From: Catajapyx aquilonaris
Lineage: Eukaryota
Assembly (NCBI GenBank): GCA_000934665.2
Contig: JYFJ02001079.1
Coordinates: forward strand, 62,001-96,368
Length of the DNA: 34,368 nt
Direction of reading: 5' to 3'
Positions within the stretch are counted from its first letter, which is position 1; the number at the start of each line of letters is the position of its first letter. Made by a program: the position numbers and the translations under genes. Positions 12,200 to 24,397 of the stretch are shown here, piece by piece. The notes beneath the pieces are model-generated. The model made no database searches. It had not been told where the DNA came from and saw nothing but the letters and a program-made list of their open reading frames with translations.

Positions 12200-12648
12200 C
12201 AAATAAATAAATAATGAGATGAAATAATAAATAACAAATAATAAAAGTAAACAATAAATAACAAATAATAAAATTTAATAATAAATAACAAATAATAAAA
12301 TTAAACAATAAATAACAAATAATAAAATTAAATAATAAATAACAAATAATAAAATTAATCAATAAATAACAAATAATAAAATTAAACAATAAATAACAAA
12401 TAATAAAATTAAATAATAAATAACAAATAATAAAAATAATAAATGACAAAATAATAAAAATAATAAATGACGAAATAATAAAAATAATCAACTGATAAAT
12501 AAAAAATAGTAAAAATAATCAACTGATAAATAAAATAGTAAAAATAATCAACTGATAAATAAAATAGTAAAAATAATAAACTAATAAATAAAATAGTAAA
12601 AATAATAAACTAATAAATAAAATAGTAAAAATAATAAACTAATAAATG
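12200..12648. repeat. AT-rich compound minisatellite: 27-bp unit (AATAAATAACAAATAATAAAATTAAAC) followed by a ~29-bp unit (AAAATAATCAACTGATAAATAAAATAGTA)
   Basis: Visible periodicity; the unit switches around 12430-12480. Confidence 0.9.
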
Positions 12649-13123
12649 TTAAACCCAATAATATAATCTAACAAGTAAAATTTTGCAGTCAATCTGAGAT
12701 TTGTTTAAAAAAATAGTCTCAAACTTCTGAAAGCATTTTGTTTAAAGTAGCTGTTAGTCCAAACTGCTTATCCAAGTCCAGGACTATTGACAAGCCCTGT
12801 CCGGTTGAAGGCTTGAGCTCCAATCGAGGGTACTTTCCGTGCCTGTCAGACTAAAAACAACATGGCCCCCTCGAGTCCGCATCCACCAGTCCAATACCCG
12901 GACAAGTTGGGCCCCCAAAGTTTCATTCCAGACCACCCCCCTCCCCCCTCCAAAGAAAAAGCCTCTCCCGAATTAGAACACTCCAAAAAGTTTATACAGA
13001 ACATACTCGTACATCTCCCCGTGTAATGGTTACAACCACCAGAAAACAGCAGTTCCATATCTCCCTCCAACTCGTAACCATTAGGGACAGTTACATTTTT
13101 CGGATATTTTTTAACAAATAACT

Positions 13124-13377
13124 TAATAACTGTTGATAACGGTTAACTAATAACTGTTGATAACGGTTAACTAATAACTGTTGATAACGGTTAACTAATA
13201 ACTGTTGATAACGGTTAACTAATAACTGTTGATAACGGTTAACTAATAACTGTTGATAACGGTTAACTAATAACTGTTGATACCGGTTAACTAATAACTG
13301 TTGATAACGGTTAACTAATAACTGTTGATACCGGTTAACTAATAACTGTTGATAACGGTTAACTAATAACTGTTGAT
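13124..13377. repeat. Near-perfect 24-bp minisatellite (TAATAACTGTTGATAACGGTTAAC) x ~10.5
   Basis: Units are identical except an A>C variant (GATACCGG) in two of them. Confidence 0.97.
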
Positions 13378-14229
13378 GACAATACACGTTAATAATTAGC
13401 TAAAATTAATACCCGTTAACAAACATGAATAGTCATTAGTTAAATAGCTATTTATAACTATTTAAAGTGCAACCAGTGCATAAAATTGCTGGGAAAGGTA
13501 TTGTTGATATAACAATAGCTTCACTGGACCAGCAAAAAAAGGGCCTGACTCAAGCACTCACAAGAGAGCAGCACCTCTTGCCCTCTTGTCCACTAAGCTA
13601 CTTTACTGTAAGCAGCTTATATTCTAGTAATATACTTTAAATGGTTTCCATCATGATCGGAGGGGGTCAACATTACGATCGAACGAAAAGAGGGGTGTTG
13701 GAAATAACAAAAAAATAATAATAACCTGCCTCAGAAGCCTATACTGTAACTGTCCAAAGTTAGTGTGCTTCTAAAGTCTGGCCATATCGCGCTTTTTTTT
13801 TTACCAGAGTTGCGGCCATATTGGTTATATGAGAAGCCACCCCCGGGATATCGATTCTCAATGTTGAAACTACCATTACTATCATTGTGGGGAGGAGGAA
13901 AGAAAAAGTGGGGTGGAAGAGGAAGAAGAGTGGTCGTTTCCATTTGCGAAATTGTGACCCTGTTGATGCGATGGACACGATATATACAGTATACTGCTAT
14001 AGAAAAAAAATATTGCCAATGGAAAAAGTAGCTTCTTTGCTGTGTGTTATTGAGCTTGGGAGAAGTGTACATAACAGGTTGTCAGATATGCTGTCGAAAA
14101 ACGGAATGTGAGTGCTCTTTTAAAGAGTGTCATTCACGAAGGAGCTACTTTTTCGACAAAAAGGTTTAGAAGTTGCGCTTCACAAACTGTACATTTACAA
14201 TCGCCATTTAATTAATGTAACCAATGTAG

Positions 14230-14880
14230 CTAATATTTTAACTGTTTACTATTGTGTTCACTGTTCAGTATTTGGTTTAGTAATGTGCTAAATGTTGATA
14301 TTAATATGCTAATTGTGAAAATAATGTTAACTAATATGTTAAATGTTAACATGTTGCACTTTGAAACTAATGCGCTAACTGTTAAATAATAGGCCTACTA
14401 TTTACTTATATGTTCAATGTTTAGTGTTATGTTAACTAATAGCTAATTGTTTACTAATATGTTCACTGTTAATAATTTATTACGTTAATTAATATTTCAA
14501 ATGTTAATATTAATAACCTATGGTAAAGTTTAAACTACTGTGTTAACTAGTATTGATAACTGTTAACTAGTATTGATAACTGTTAACTAGTATTGCTAAC
14601 CAGTACTGTTAACTGTTAACTAGCATTGCTAACTAGTAGCCTACTGTTAACTGTTAACTAGTATTGGTAACTGTTAACTAGTACTGGTAACTGTTAACTA
14701 GTACTGGTAACTGTTAACTAGTACTGGTAACTGGTACTAGTACTGTTAATAACTAGCAGTGTTAACGGTTAACAAGCAGTGTTAACTAATATTGCTAACT
14801 AGCAGTGTTAACTGTTACCTAGTACTGCTAACTGGTACTGTTAACTAATGTAAAACCTAATATGCTAACAGTCCTGTTAA
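14230..14880. repeat. Degenerate ~20-bp repeat (CTGTTAACTAGTATTGATAA / CTGTTAACTAGTACTGGTAA)
   Basis: Clean units at ~14540-14600 and ~14650-14735, with decayed TGTTAA-rich flanks. Confidence 0.85.
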
Positions 14881-15939
14881 TCGTTTTTTTCATTGTTAGT
14901 GCCCTATTATGACCACCAGATGTCTCAGGTAACTGATAGTGACTAATGGTGACGTCAGTTGGAAGTGTAGCCAACCTGTCATCGCCTGACCCTTATGGTA
15001 CCCTATGGGGAGTACAAGAGGCGTCGAAGCGTATGTCCAAGATTAGTTAGAGCTTCAGCTTGTCGATTTGCCGGAATGGATTTTGGCAAATCTAGCCTCC
15101 CTTCCCTCCATGTTTGTTATTCCCTCAGGAAAATCATCCCCCCCCCCCCTCTCTAGCCCGGGTCATAAATCCACCCCCCACCTCCCTCCTTTTCGGTTGG
15201 CTGGAAGATTCGATACCTGAAACCTGTGTTGCCAACAGCAATGTGTTATGGAACTGAAATGTCTCACTGGTCCTCCAATATTTCCATCTATTTCTCCAGG
15301 GTGAAATGCACTAATGGGAAGGTTTTCCGGGGTTTTATAGGAATATGATAGTTTCATATTGTGGCTCATAACGATTCCTACCCATATGGCCATTGTGTCT
15401 ATTCAGCAGTACTTAGATGGTACAGCCTATAGGGGACTTCTATCGCCTCGTGTATATCATGTGGAGGTGTTTGTTGGTGTGTTGCACGTCTGGTGGTTTG
15501 AGGGGATATTGAACCGACCGTGCAGTCAGGGCAGGGCTGATGAAGAAACTAATCACGAAACTTTTTAGAAGGGGGGGAGGAGGGGGTGGAGGAGGGTTTT
15601 TGGAGGGATCACGCTGCCTAGGGGGGTCATGGATAAAACTTGGTGGGGGTGACGTAATTAGCGGGTTAGGACTCTGGAGACTTAGCACGGAACCGAGGGT
15701 CTATCGTATGGTCTATTGTGTGGATAGGGGAGGAGGAGGAGAGGTAATGATCACCTTTTTGCGACAATAGTCTCTGATGGGGGTTCAATCCTCTATAGAT
15801 TTTGTGCAGAAATGGGATCAATGTCCCCCCCCCCCCTCCCCTCACTCAACCAATCAGTCAACTCATTCGTTACAACTATATTGTGCATCCTACAACAGTA
15901 GCTAGACTACTATTCTTCACAAAATACGAGTATTTAAAC

Positions 15940-16760
15940 TGCTCATTAACAGAGTCTACTCTAATAGCTTAACTACTGCTGAAAAGCTTAACTGCTACTT
16001 GAAAAGCTTAACTGATACTTAAAAAGCCTAACAGATATTGGAAATGCCTAGCTGCTACTCTACAATGTTAATTGCTACTTTAAGAGCTTAAAAATAGTTA
16101 ACAGAGTCTACAACTCTAATAAGTTAGTTCATAGTTGCAACTCTTATAGTTTACAAATAGGTTAACAGCTACTCTAATCGGTTAGTTAATACTCTAATAG
16201 CTCAATACGTTAACAGCTACCGGTACTTCAATAGTTACAGTGATAGATTCGAAATCAATGTAAGTAACTTACCAGCTGAAGTTACAAATGCCGTAGTAGC
16301 TACTGTAACAGATTACCAGTTACTCTAATAGCTTAATAGCTGAGGGAGGAGATTAACAGCTCTAAGAGCTAAACTGATGGCGTAATAGCTAGATAACGCG
16401 TGAACAACTAATAGCTTCTAATAGATTTATATATAACAGTTACAATTATAGATCAAAAGCCCTGCTTCAGCTATATTCACAAATGCTTGTAACAGCCTAC
16501 CAGTTACTCTAATAGCTCAATAGCTAATGGAGGAGATTAACGGCTACTTTAATAACTTAAATGGTGCCGTAATTGATTAATAACCTAACATCTTCCATAG
16601 CTACTATTACAGCATACATCTACATCTAATAGATTAAAAGCTAAAGTTTCGAATGCCTTCGCATAGATATACCAACTATTAAGCATCTACTTTAACTGCT
16701 TCATTAGTAGCTACTGTGCCAATTCAGCTATCAGCTGATTTGCTGTTTTGAAAAGTCACT
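15940..16760. repeat. Highly decayed repeat rich in AACAGCTACTCTAATAGCTT motifs
   Basis: Recurrent ACTCTAATAGCT and AAAAGCTTAACTG. The block TACCAGTTACTCTAATAGCT..GGAGGAGATTAAC occurs at ~16314 and ~16498. Confidence 0.7.
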
Positions 16761-17574
16761 GTTATAGTTACATTTGCAAAATTATAATTAGCTTAGGGTA
16801 GGTCTGTAAGGTAGCAATTTCTTGACTATGCTATCACTGGTCCATATAAGTGTGATTAAAGTGATAGTTTCAAACCAGCTGGTTAGTTACATAGGCCTAC
16901 GGTAGGTAAGTTTAGGCCGGTTTAGGCCAGGTTATATTAATTCTTAAAAAATGATTGAATTCAATTGCTGACATTAGTAAGTAACTATTGCCAGGAACTG
17001 CTTCCTCGACTGCTATCACCCCCGATAACCGCTATTTTTCATCCAAAAATTTTAGCATCCAATAACGTTTAATTTGCCAAAAAAAACATCGTGGCCTGAC
17101 CTGATAGCTATTTTTTTGCTAGGTTTTAAACCAAACAGGGAAGGGTCTGGATGGGCTATCAATCTAATGCTTGTTAACGCTCCGATTACATTTTTTATTA
17201 ACTCTAACAAGCGCTTCTAGTATCGGGGTTTTAGAATGCCGTTAAACATATTAGATCACCCTCCCTACCCGTGCATTATGCAAGTATCAAAAGTGGCTTA
17301 CTGCGCAGTTTTGTAAGGTTCTTCATTCTTGTTCAAACACTGATTGTATTAAAACCCTGGTGGGTCGATTTGAAGCTTTAATAAACCCCTGCTTCGAACA
17401 CTGGGGTAACACCCTGTAGAATTTATGACGTCACTGAAATGCTGAAACTCTGTGTGTATTGCGAGCCATAGTCATTTCCTCGGGTCTGAATGACCTCACT
17501 CTTCTTTCTTATATGGCCTTTATACCGGTACTAGGGAAAGGTCACAATTCCTTACAGAGCTAACAAAGTAGGCC

Positions 17575-18605
17575 TACCAAGTTTTGGCTTTATTTCGACA
17601 CTTTTTCAGTTAAGAAACTTCTGATTTTTACTGTAACGGTTAGTACACTGAGGAATCTATCAGATTCATCCGCCATATTGGCTCTAGAACATATCAACAA
17701 TGATAAATTTGCATCTGAATTTCAAGGCCATGTCTGTGCCGAAAAGTCTAACATCGCGTCAGCTTTGAGAGTGATTTTTGGCACATTGTCAGTTAGAAAC
17801 TTCTAGTTTTACACTTTTTCGATAAAAATAGTCTTATAGAACGGCTCTGTCTGTGGACAGGTATCAGACAAACAGTCAGAGCCATGCTATAAGATTTTTT
17901 TCGATTTTCGGGTTCCGGGTTCACCATATCCTCCCTTTCCCCCCTCCCTCCTCCTAACCCATGATACATGATACCTGTCCACAGACGGATGGACGGACAG
18001 AGCCGTGCTATAAGACTTTTTTCGGTGGATGAAAAGTTTCTAAAAGAAGGGTTTGCTAGGATACATTTTTAAAGGGGAAAGGGGCGAGGGGGGGGGGCAC
18101 AATAGCAGTAAACATGATAAAGTCTACTCTACTCACGCTCACGTGATTTGCCAATCTTGTTTACGCCTACGGTTATTATTTTTAGTAAAGTGACGAATCT
18201 ACCCGTTTCATCCGCCATTTTGGTTCCAGAATATATCAATAATGACTAATTTTCATCAAGATCAGGTCTGTTCGGAAAGATTTAACCTGATACCAAATTT
18301 TGGCTATTTTTCGGCACTTTTAAAAGTTACAAACTTCTGATTTTTACACCTAGGGTTATTAAAGGGAATAGTCTACCAGTTTCGTCCGCCATTTTGGCTC
18401 CAGCATATATCAACAAAGTCAAATTTATGTCGGAATTTCAACGTTTATGTCACTATATGATGTCGGCACAATATTAGTTGTAAAACTTAACACTATTTAT
18501 AGTTGAAAAAGTGTGCCTTTTAAATCTAATGCTAATAAACTTTTATCTGCCCTTTACAGCCTCCATTTTGGCTCCAGCACATATCAATTTCCATCGGAAT
18601 TTTGG
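17575..18605. repeat. Diverged tandem array of ~175-185-bp units (about 4), interrupted by a HINE
   Basis: The conserved block TCCGCCATTTTGGCTCCAGAAYATATCAA occurs at ~17669, ~18212, ~18385 and ~18560. AAACTTCTGATTTTTAC recurs once per unit. Confidence 0.85.
17807..18162 (+). mobile_element. Non-autonomous Helentron-associated element (HINE / DINE-1-like), copy 2
   Basis: Starts TTTTACACTTTTTCGATAAAAATAGTCTTATAGAACGGCTCTGTCTG and ends AAAGTCTA..TCACG-CTCA-CGTGA(hairpin)TTTGCCAATCTTGTTT. It is the reverse-complement homologue of 4049-4429 and sits in a T-run of a host repeat unit. Confidence 0.82.
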
Positions 18606-19554
18606 TTGGAATTTTCCCTTTCCCCTTGCTTCCAAAAACCAATTACAAAGCCAGACTCTTGTTTCAGCATGTTTGTTAAGTGCAATGATTGTTACCTGAT
18701 AATGCTTGAGAATTCCTCACTCTTAAATTTCTCTCCCCTTCCCCCTCTCCCCTTTTCCAGCCATTTTGAGGTCCCCTTTTATTGCATGGAAATGGCCAAG
18801 TTTTTCATTTTGTTTGGAGGGAAAAGGTTGGTTTTCAAAGCGTAATGGTGCAAAGGAGGCACTTCGAGGATGGAGAATTTGCGTTTTTATTTGCGCCAGT
18901 AAATTTTCAAGAGCATTGTGGGTAAAGGGAAATGTTTTCAAACCAAAAGAACTGATGGGTTCCAATTGCAAATATATTTCCAACCCATGCCAGGAATTTC
19001 ATGTAAGCTAAATATTAGCAACTAATATTTTCACACTTCTGAACAATCAATTCTTAGTACTAATTACTCATTGGCCCCAACCTTCCCCCTCTCATTCGAT
19101 GAATGCAATATGACCCTGTTCTGCGTCAGGCTTGCCAATAATGAGCATTCCCCGTGGGGTGTAACGCAGGCCTAATATTGGCCCCTGTCCGCTGCAATGA
19201 AGTGATAGCACGTAATGAGTCACTGGGGTGTGCATCAAGTGACAGCTTCAATAACACCCATTCCCTTCCCCAAAAAATGACTGGTACCCTCAGACACACG
19301 GTACCTCACCCCTGCCTACATCATCATCATCGGTTCCAATAGAACCACACCCCTGACTCTCCCCTCGGGGCGGTAATAAGCAGGCCAACCGCAAAAGTAG
19401 ATTAGGGACCAGGCTAGTAATTACCGTGTGCAAAAGCTGGGCCCCCAAAACGTAAGCTGCCAGTTTAGAAGGATTAGAGTGCGGGAGAGGGTTCAAAAGA
19501 GCTGTTTCTTGTGTCTAACTATGTGACTGTGGTTAGCCAGGTACTAAAACATGG

Positions 19555-20215
19555 GAGGTATCGATGTACAAGCTATATTGCGATTTTTGGTAATCGGAAC
19601 TGCAGATATTGTAATCGATGTCATAATATCGATGAAACAATGCTATCGATATCATCAACATCGCCGTCATCGGTATCGATACCACCATATTCGATCATCG
19701 ATACCATCAACTGATATTATCGACGCTATCGATACCACCATATTGGATTATAGCAATACCATCATCATGGATATTATCGACGCTATCGATACCACCATCA
19801 TGGATATTATCGACGCTATCGAGACCACTATATTCGATGCTATCGATACCATCATCATAGATATTATCGACAGTATCGAGACCACTTTATTCGATAATAT
19901 CGATACCACCAGCATCGACATCATTGCTGCTATTGATACCACCATATTCGATCATATCGATACCATCAACATCAATATCATCGATGCTAACAATACCATA
20001 ATATTGATGATGATATGCTATTGATATCGTCGCTCTATAGAAACAATCCCTTTCTATAGCGTTGATTCTATCAATATCATTGATATGATACTACAGATAT
20101 TACTGATACTGTCGGGCGCGATTGTTTAATATTAATATTGACAGTCGATGCTATCGGTATCATTCGCACTACTCAGGTATTACTTATCGATACTACGATG
20201 CTATCGAAACTTATC
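19555..20215. repeat. Degenerate ATCGAT-rich repeat (GATATTATCGACGCTATCGATACCACCATCATG-like)
   Basis: Near-identical units at ~19713, ~19770 and ~19803, with dense ATCGAT/GATATC elsewhere. Confidence 0.85.
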
Positions 20216-20879
20216 ACACCATATGCAATGATTAAAGACAGTTTGATGAAAGTATGATCCCACTATGGTGCTATCAATAATTGATATAATTTGTCTATTT
20301 TGCACACATTATATTAGAAGTCGATAATTGTAGTATTTTCGATATTATCGGCGTGTGGCTACCTAAGCATGAGCTGTTTTAATAAGCGGCAAATATGCAT
20401 CTCAGTTACTTGAAATGAGAGTATTTTTTGGCAAAAATGAGATAATTTATGTCTGATAATGGGCAATAGCGAATAATTAGTATCTGCTAACGACAATTAC
20501 TTTTAACAACGGCTACTCCAACAGACTACTAACCATGGTGCCCAATCAAGGAGCGTAGGACGAAACCCTTCCATCTGCAACGATATTTTCTCAGCACTCT
20601 CCCATCTCCCTCTCCCCCTCCTGCCCCTCCCATCTTAAGATAATGGGCACTCCGTGTGTTGCCACTCTCGTAAAAGTTAATGGCTATTGGTATTCAGGCT
20701 TTCGTTAATTAAAATAACGACTTTCGTTGCTCTAAACTCGTTCAAAGTTCGTTGGCCCCTGGAATTATTCGCCAAAAAAACACCTTGTCACTTGATATCG
20801 AGGCTTGATATATGCATAAAATTTGCATGTGTATGCAAATGAAATATTTTGAAGCTTTATTTATTTTATTTGATACTGT

Positions 20880-21182
20880 ATTCGATGATATCAATAACAT
20901 TGCTTCATACATGCCATTACAATTAATATCAGTGATGCTATTATTATTGATACCATCGATGCCATTGTTATTGATGCCATAGTTGACATTATTATCGATA
21001 CGATCATTGCCATTATTATTGATACCATCGTTGCCATTGTCATTTGCATTATAATGTCATTACTAGCGATATCATCGATGAAATTATTACTATCGATATT
21101 ATAGATGAAATTACTATCGATATCATCGATGAAATTATTATCGATATTATCGATGAAATTACTGTCGATACCATCGATACCA
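20880..21182. repeat. Second ATCGAT-rich repeat, ~24-bp unit (GATATCATCGATGAAATTACTATC)
   Basis: About five units at ~21068-21180, plus decayed GCCATTATTATTGATACCATCGAT units upstream. Confidence 0.85.
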
Positions 21183-22071
21183 AATTCCAACTCAACTATT
21201 ACTGCGCAATAAAGAGGCTCACAATGATGCTAAAGTATAGAAACGTCTGAATAAAAAACACTAATAGAAACATCTGTTTCAACACAATAGAACAGACAGA
21301 ACACAATAGTACCCATAGTCGCCAACCCATGAAAGTGAACGCATCCCCCTCGAGACTACCACCCCCTAGAGAATCCCTAGCAACCTACAAATAGAGAATA
21401 GAAAAAAAACAAGTGGTCATCCCCCTGCAAAAGGTTTGTATTGACTTTAAGTCAGGCCCCAAATAGAGGCTAAAAACTCCGAACCCGCAGTAAACATGGT
21501 ACCAAAATACTAGCTCCCGTAAATCATATCTTGGAAACAGGATTGGTAAATTTTGGTACACAGCGAGTAATATCTACCGCCTCATTCGAAGCAATGTATC
21601 ATGAAGAGTTATTAATATTTTTTTTTTACGTTACCGTTAGCTCCACCCCTTGTTCGAAAAACACACGTCGTAGTTACTCACTGGCTCCAGATGTGGCCCT
21701 GATTGGAAGGTTATGATGAATTGGTCCCAAGGAAAAGTTGGTAGTCCACTTACCTAGAAAGAGAAAAACAAATTGTGCAATTTGTGACGCGTCGGAAACC
21801 CTAAATCGATACTATCCTCTAGAGAAGGGGAAGGTTATTGGAGGGTGTAAGTCTGTGTAAACAGTTGGGGGGGAAGGAAATGTGCTGGAGTTGTGCAAGA
21901 AACGATTGGTCACATTCTGCTCGACTGACTCAGGATATTGTGCAAGTTGGATAAACAAACAACCAAACAATCAACAAAGAGGGTCAGAAATGTGGGGGAC
22001 CGACATCAAATAGTAATGATGGTGATGATTTTGATTGTGGTGATAGTGATGATGATGTGCAACACAATATA

Positions 22072-22210
22072 CAGGATGTTCGTCGTGTGTCCTTTTTATA
22101 ACTGATATCGCCCGATAGTAGTTATTTTTGTAGCTTGTTGTGCGCCCCCTTGTTAGGGTCATAACAAGCTACAGAATGTAACTACTATCGGGCGATATCA
22201 GTGATAAAAA
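22072..22210. mobile_element. Tc1/mariner-type MITE, family A copy 3 (short centre, right end lost)
   Basis: TA|CAGGATGTTCGTCGTG...ACTGATATCGCCCGATAGTAGTTA pairs with TAACTACTATCGGGCGATATCAGT. The right TIR is replaced by the palindrome at 22212. Confidence 0.82.
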
Positions 22211-22211
22211 C

Positions 22212-22341
22212 GACCGTAACTCAAAAACTAGTAAGGGTGAAAGTCGCATGCACGCCCTGCACTAATCCCCCCTGACTAAGAGGGGATTAGTGCAGGGCAT
22301 GCATGCGACTTTCACCCTTTACTAGTTTTTGAGTTACGGTC
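22212..22341. mobile_element. 130-bp near-perfect palindromic MITE-like element
   Basis: GACCGTAACTCAAAAACTAGTAAGGGTGAAAGTCGCATGCACGCCCTGCACTAATCCCC pairs with its reverse complement with about one mismatch and one indel over ~60 bp. No clear TSD. Confidence 0.8.
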
Positions 22342-22844
22342 TTCTTACATCCGACGACAGAGCTTTCCTCCTCACATCCCGAGCTTCTCCATAACCTTCC
22401 CTACACCTGACTACCTTGCACCTCAGGCCATTTCCCTCCTTTTTCTCCCAAGATCTTTTCCATCCCTAAGAATATTCCCCCTAGAGATTGTGCTCCCATT
22501 TCCTCCTCCCCCATTCCCTCCTAGCCTCTCCCGATTTTTTATATCTTGCTTTGGCTTCTCCACCACAATATGCAGATATGACGTGCAGGGAAGCTCTGTA
22601 TCGGAAAGCGATGGGGATTATTTGAGCCCCAGGATCAAAAAAGGGAAAGAGTTAAAAAAAAATTGCAAGCAATGCTGCGGGACCACTCTTCATAATTGAA
22701 TACCCGTCAAGCCCACATATACTATCAAAACGTAGAGCTTCCTAGTTTTTTATCTAAAAAATGGGGGCACAGATTGATCCGGAATTTTAAAGTTACTTTT
22801 TAGGACATGTTTGGTTGAAATTAGGTCTGGTAGAGAGATCTTGA

Positions 22845-23492
22845 TGTTGTTCAGAGATCTTCATTATGCAGGATCAACTTCAGGTTCAATTGAATCTCAT
22901 GATCAACTTTATGATCAATTGATTCTCTAGATCAAAGTTCGAATCAACTGATTCTCATTATGGACTTCGGGATCAAATTCTAGATCAACATCATTATCAA
23001 TTGATTTTTAAGGTCAAGATCAACAGCTTCTCAATATTAACTTTAGAATATATTGATTGCCAAGATCAATATCAGGATCTTATTGATTCTTAGGATCAAT
23101 TTCAGAGTCAACTTGATTATCATGATCAGCTCCAAATTCTAATTGATTATCATGATCAACTTTCGGATCAACTTCAGGATCAACTTCATATAACAACACT
23201 TGATATAACAACACGATTCTCATGATCAACTTGATTGTCCAAAAGAACATGATTCTCATGATCAACTTGATTTTCCCGAACATGATTCTCATGATCAACT
23301 TGATTTTCCCGAACATGATTCTCATGATCAACTTGATTTTCCAGAACATGATTCTCATGATCAACTTGATTTTCCAGAACATGATTCTCATGATCAACCT
23401 GATTTTCCCAAACATGATTCTCATGATCAACTTGATTTTCCAGATCAACGTGATTCTCATGATCAACTTGATCCGACTCGATAATCCTCATG
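22845..23492. repeat. TGATCA-rich array; 33-bp unit (CATGATTCTCATGATCAACTTGATTTTCCAGAA) x ~8 at 23213-23472, decayed upstream
   Basis: Directly visible 33-bp period. Confidence 0.93.
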
Positions 23493-23502
23493 AACCTTAC
23501 TA

Positions 23503-23805
23503 GGAAGAGTCGCTAACTGACTTCACGTTGTCTCTGATACGCTGGAGTAATTTTAGACTGTTGACAAGTGCTATGAAGGCCGCCATTTTTACGGAAATAG
23601 TGGCCTGCTCTGACGTCACGGCCGACTCTGATTGGATGCAGCGAGAAAGCTTGTGCTACTACAGCCAATCGGAGTAGACCGTAACTTCCCAGCATACCGA
23701 TATTTCCATAGAAACGCATGAAGGCAGCATCCATGGACATGTAAACACTCCATAATTACTCCAGCAAATCAGAGATGACGTGATGTCAGAAGTTGGAGAC
23801 TTTCT
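23503..23805. mobile_element. ~300-bp old palindromic MITE-like element
   Basis: CTGACTTCACGTTGTCTCTGAT..GCTGGAGTAATT (23517-23552) pairs with AATTACTCCAGC..ATCAGAGATGACGTGATGTCAG (23754-23789). The inner ACGGCCGACTCTGATTGG pairs with CCAATCGGAGTAGACCGT. Confidence 0.75.
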
Positions 23806-24397
23806 GACTCGAGGCTCTGTACTCATACCCACTCAGTATCATCCAACAACAATTTCGATCCGCCTCGTCCGCTTGCGACAAGCAATATGTACTATGTATG
23901 TACTAATTACTTCTCCTCCACCTCTCCCTAGAACCCCCCGTTGTCACAGCCATATTGAAGTAATTTGGCCTCACGCTCTCTCATACATGGCCCGTGGGTG
24001 GCTCGAGGGAATATTTGGGCAGGCAGAAAGGCTCGGAGTAAATTACGCTTACTTGTTGTAATTGCACTAAGGTTGGGCGCAATTCTCCGGGCAATGAAGT
24101 CGCACCGGGTAATTTCAACTGACGTTAGAAAAAGAAGAAAAAAAGCGAGAGTTTTTCGTCGCTTCTTAACCACGCTGGAGTCAAATCTGCAGCGAGGATC
24201 TGCACTGCCGCTTTTTTCAAGTTAGAACCAGCTTTAAGTTGATGCGATTGGAACAGGCCCGTTATAAGCGGGGTGATAAGGCGTAATTTGACACCGTCAC
24301 GTGAGATAAGGATCTTGAAAGTATGAAGACGGTTCAATCAGAAATGCTCGATAAAATTCGCGGGATTTGGTCGTAAGCGTTCACAATCGAGAGACAA

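Noticed and set aside
12138..12491. Hydrophobic ICYLLFNFI-repeat ORF
   Set aside because: Artefact of a 27-bp AT-rich minisatellite.
13091..13387. QQLLVNRY-repeat ORF
   Set aside because: Artefact of a 24-bp minisatellite with no flanking coding context.
19551..20024. 157-aa Ile/Asp/Thr-rich ORF
   Set aside because: Composition follows directly from the ATCGAT-rich repeat; the opposite strand is also open.
23080..23503. His-rich QVDHENHVLEN-repeat protein
   Set aside because: A 33-bp repeat open in three frames on both strands; no splice or codon evidence for any one frame.
23578..23675. Stand-alone promoter call from CCAAT/CRE/YY1 motifs
   Set aside because: The motifs are symmetric parts of a 300-bp palindrome, so it is reported as a MITE-like element instead.
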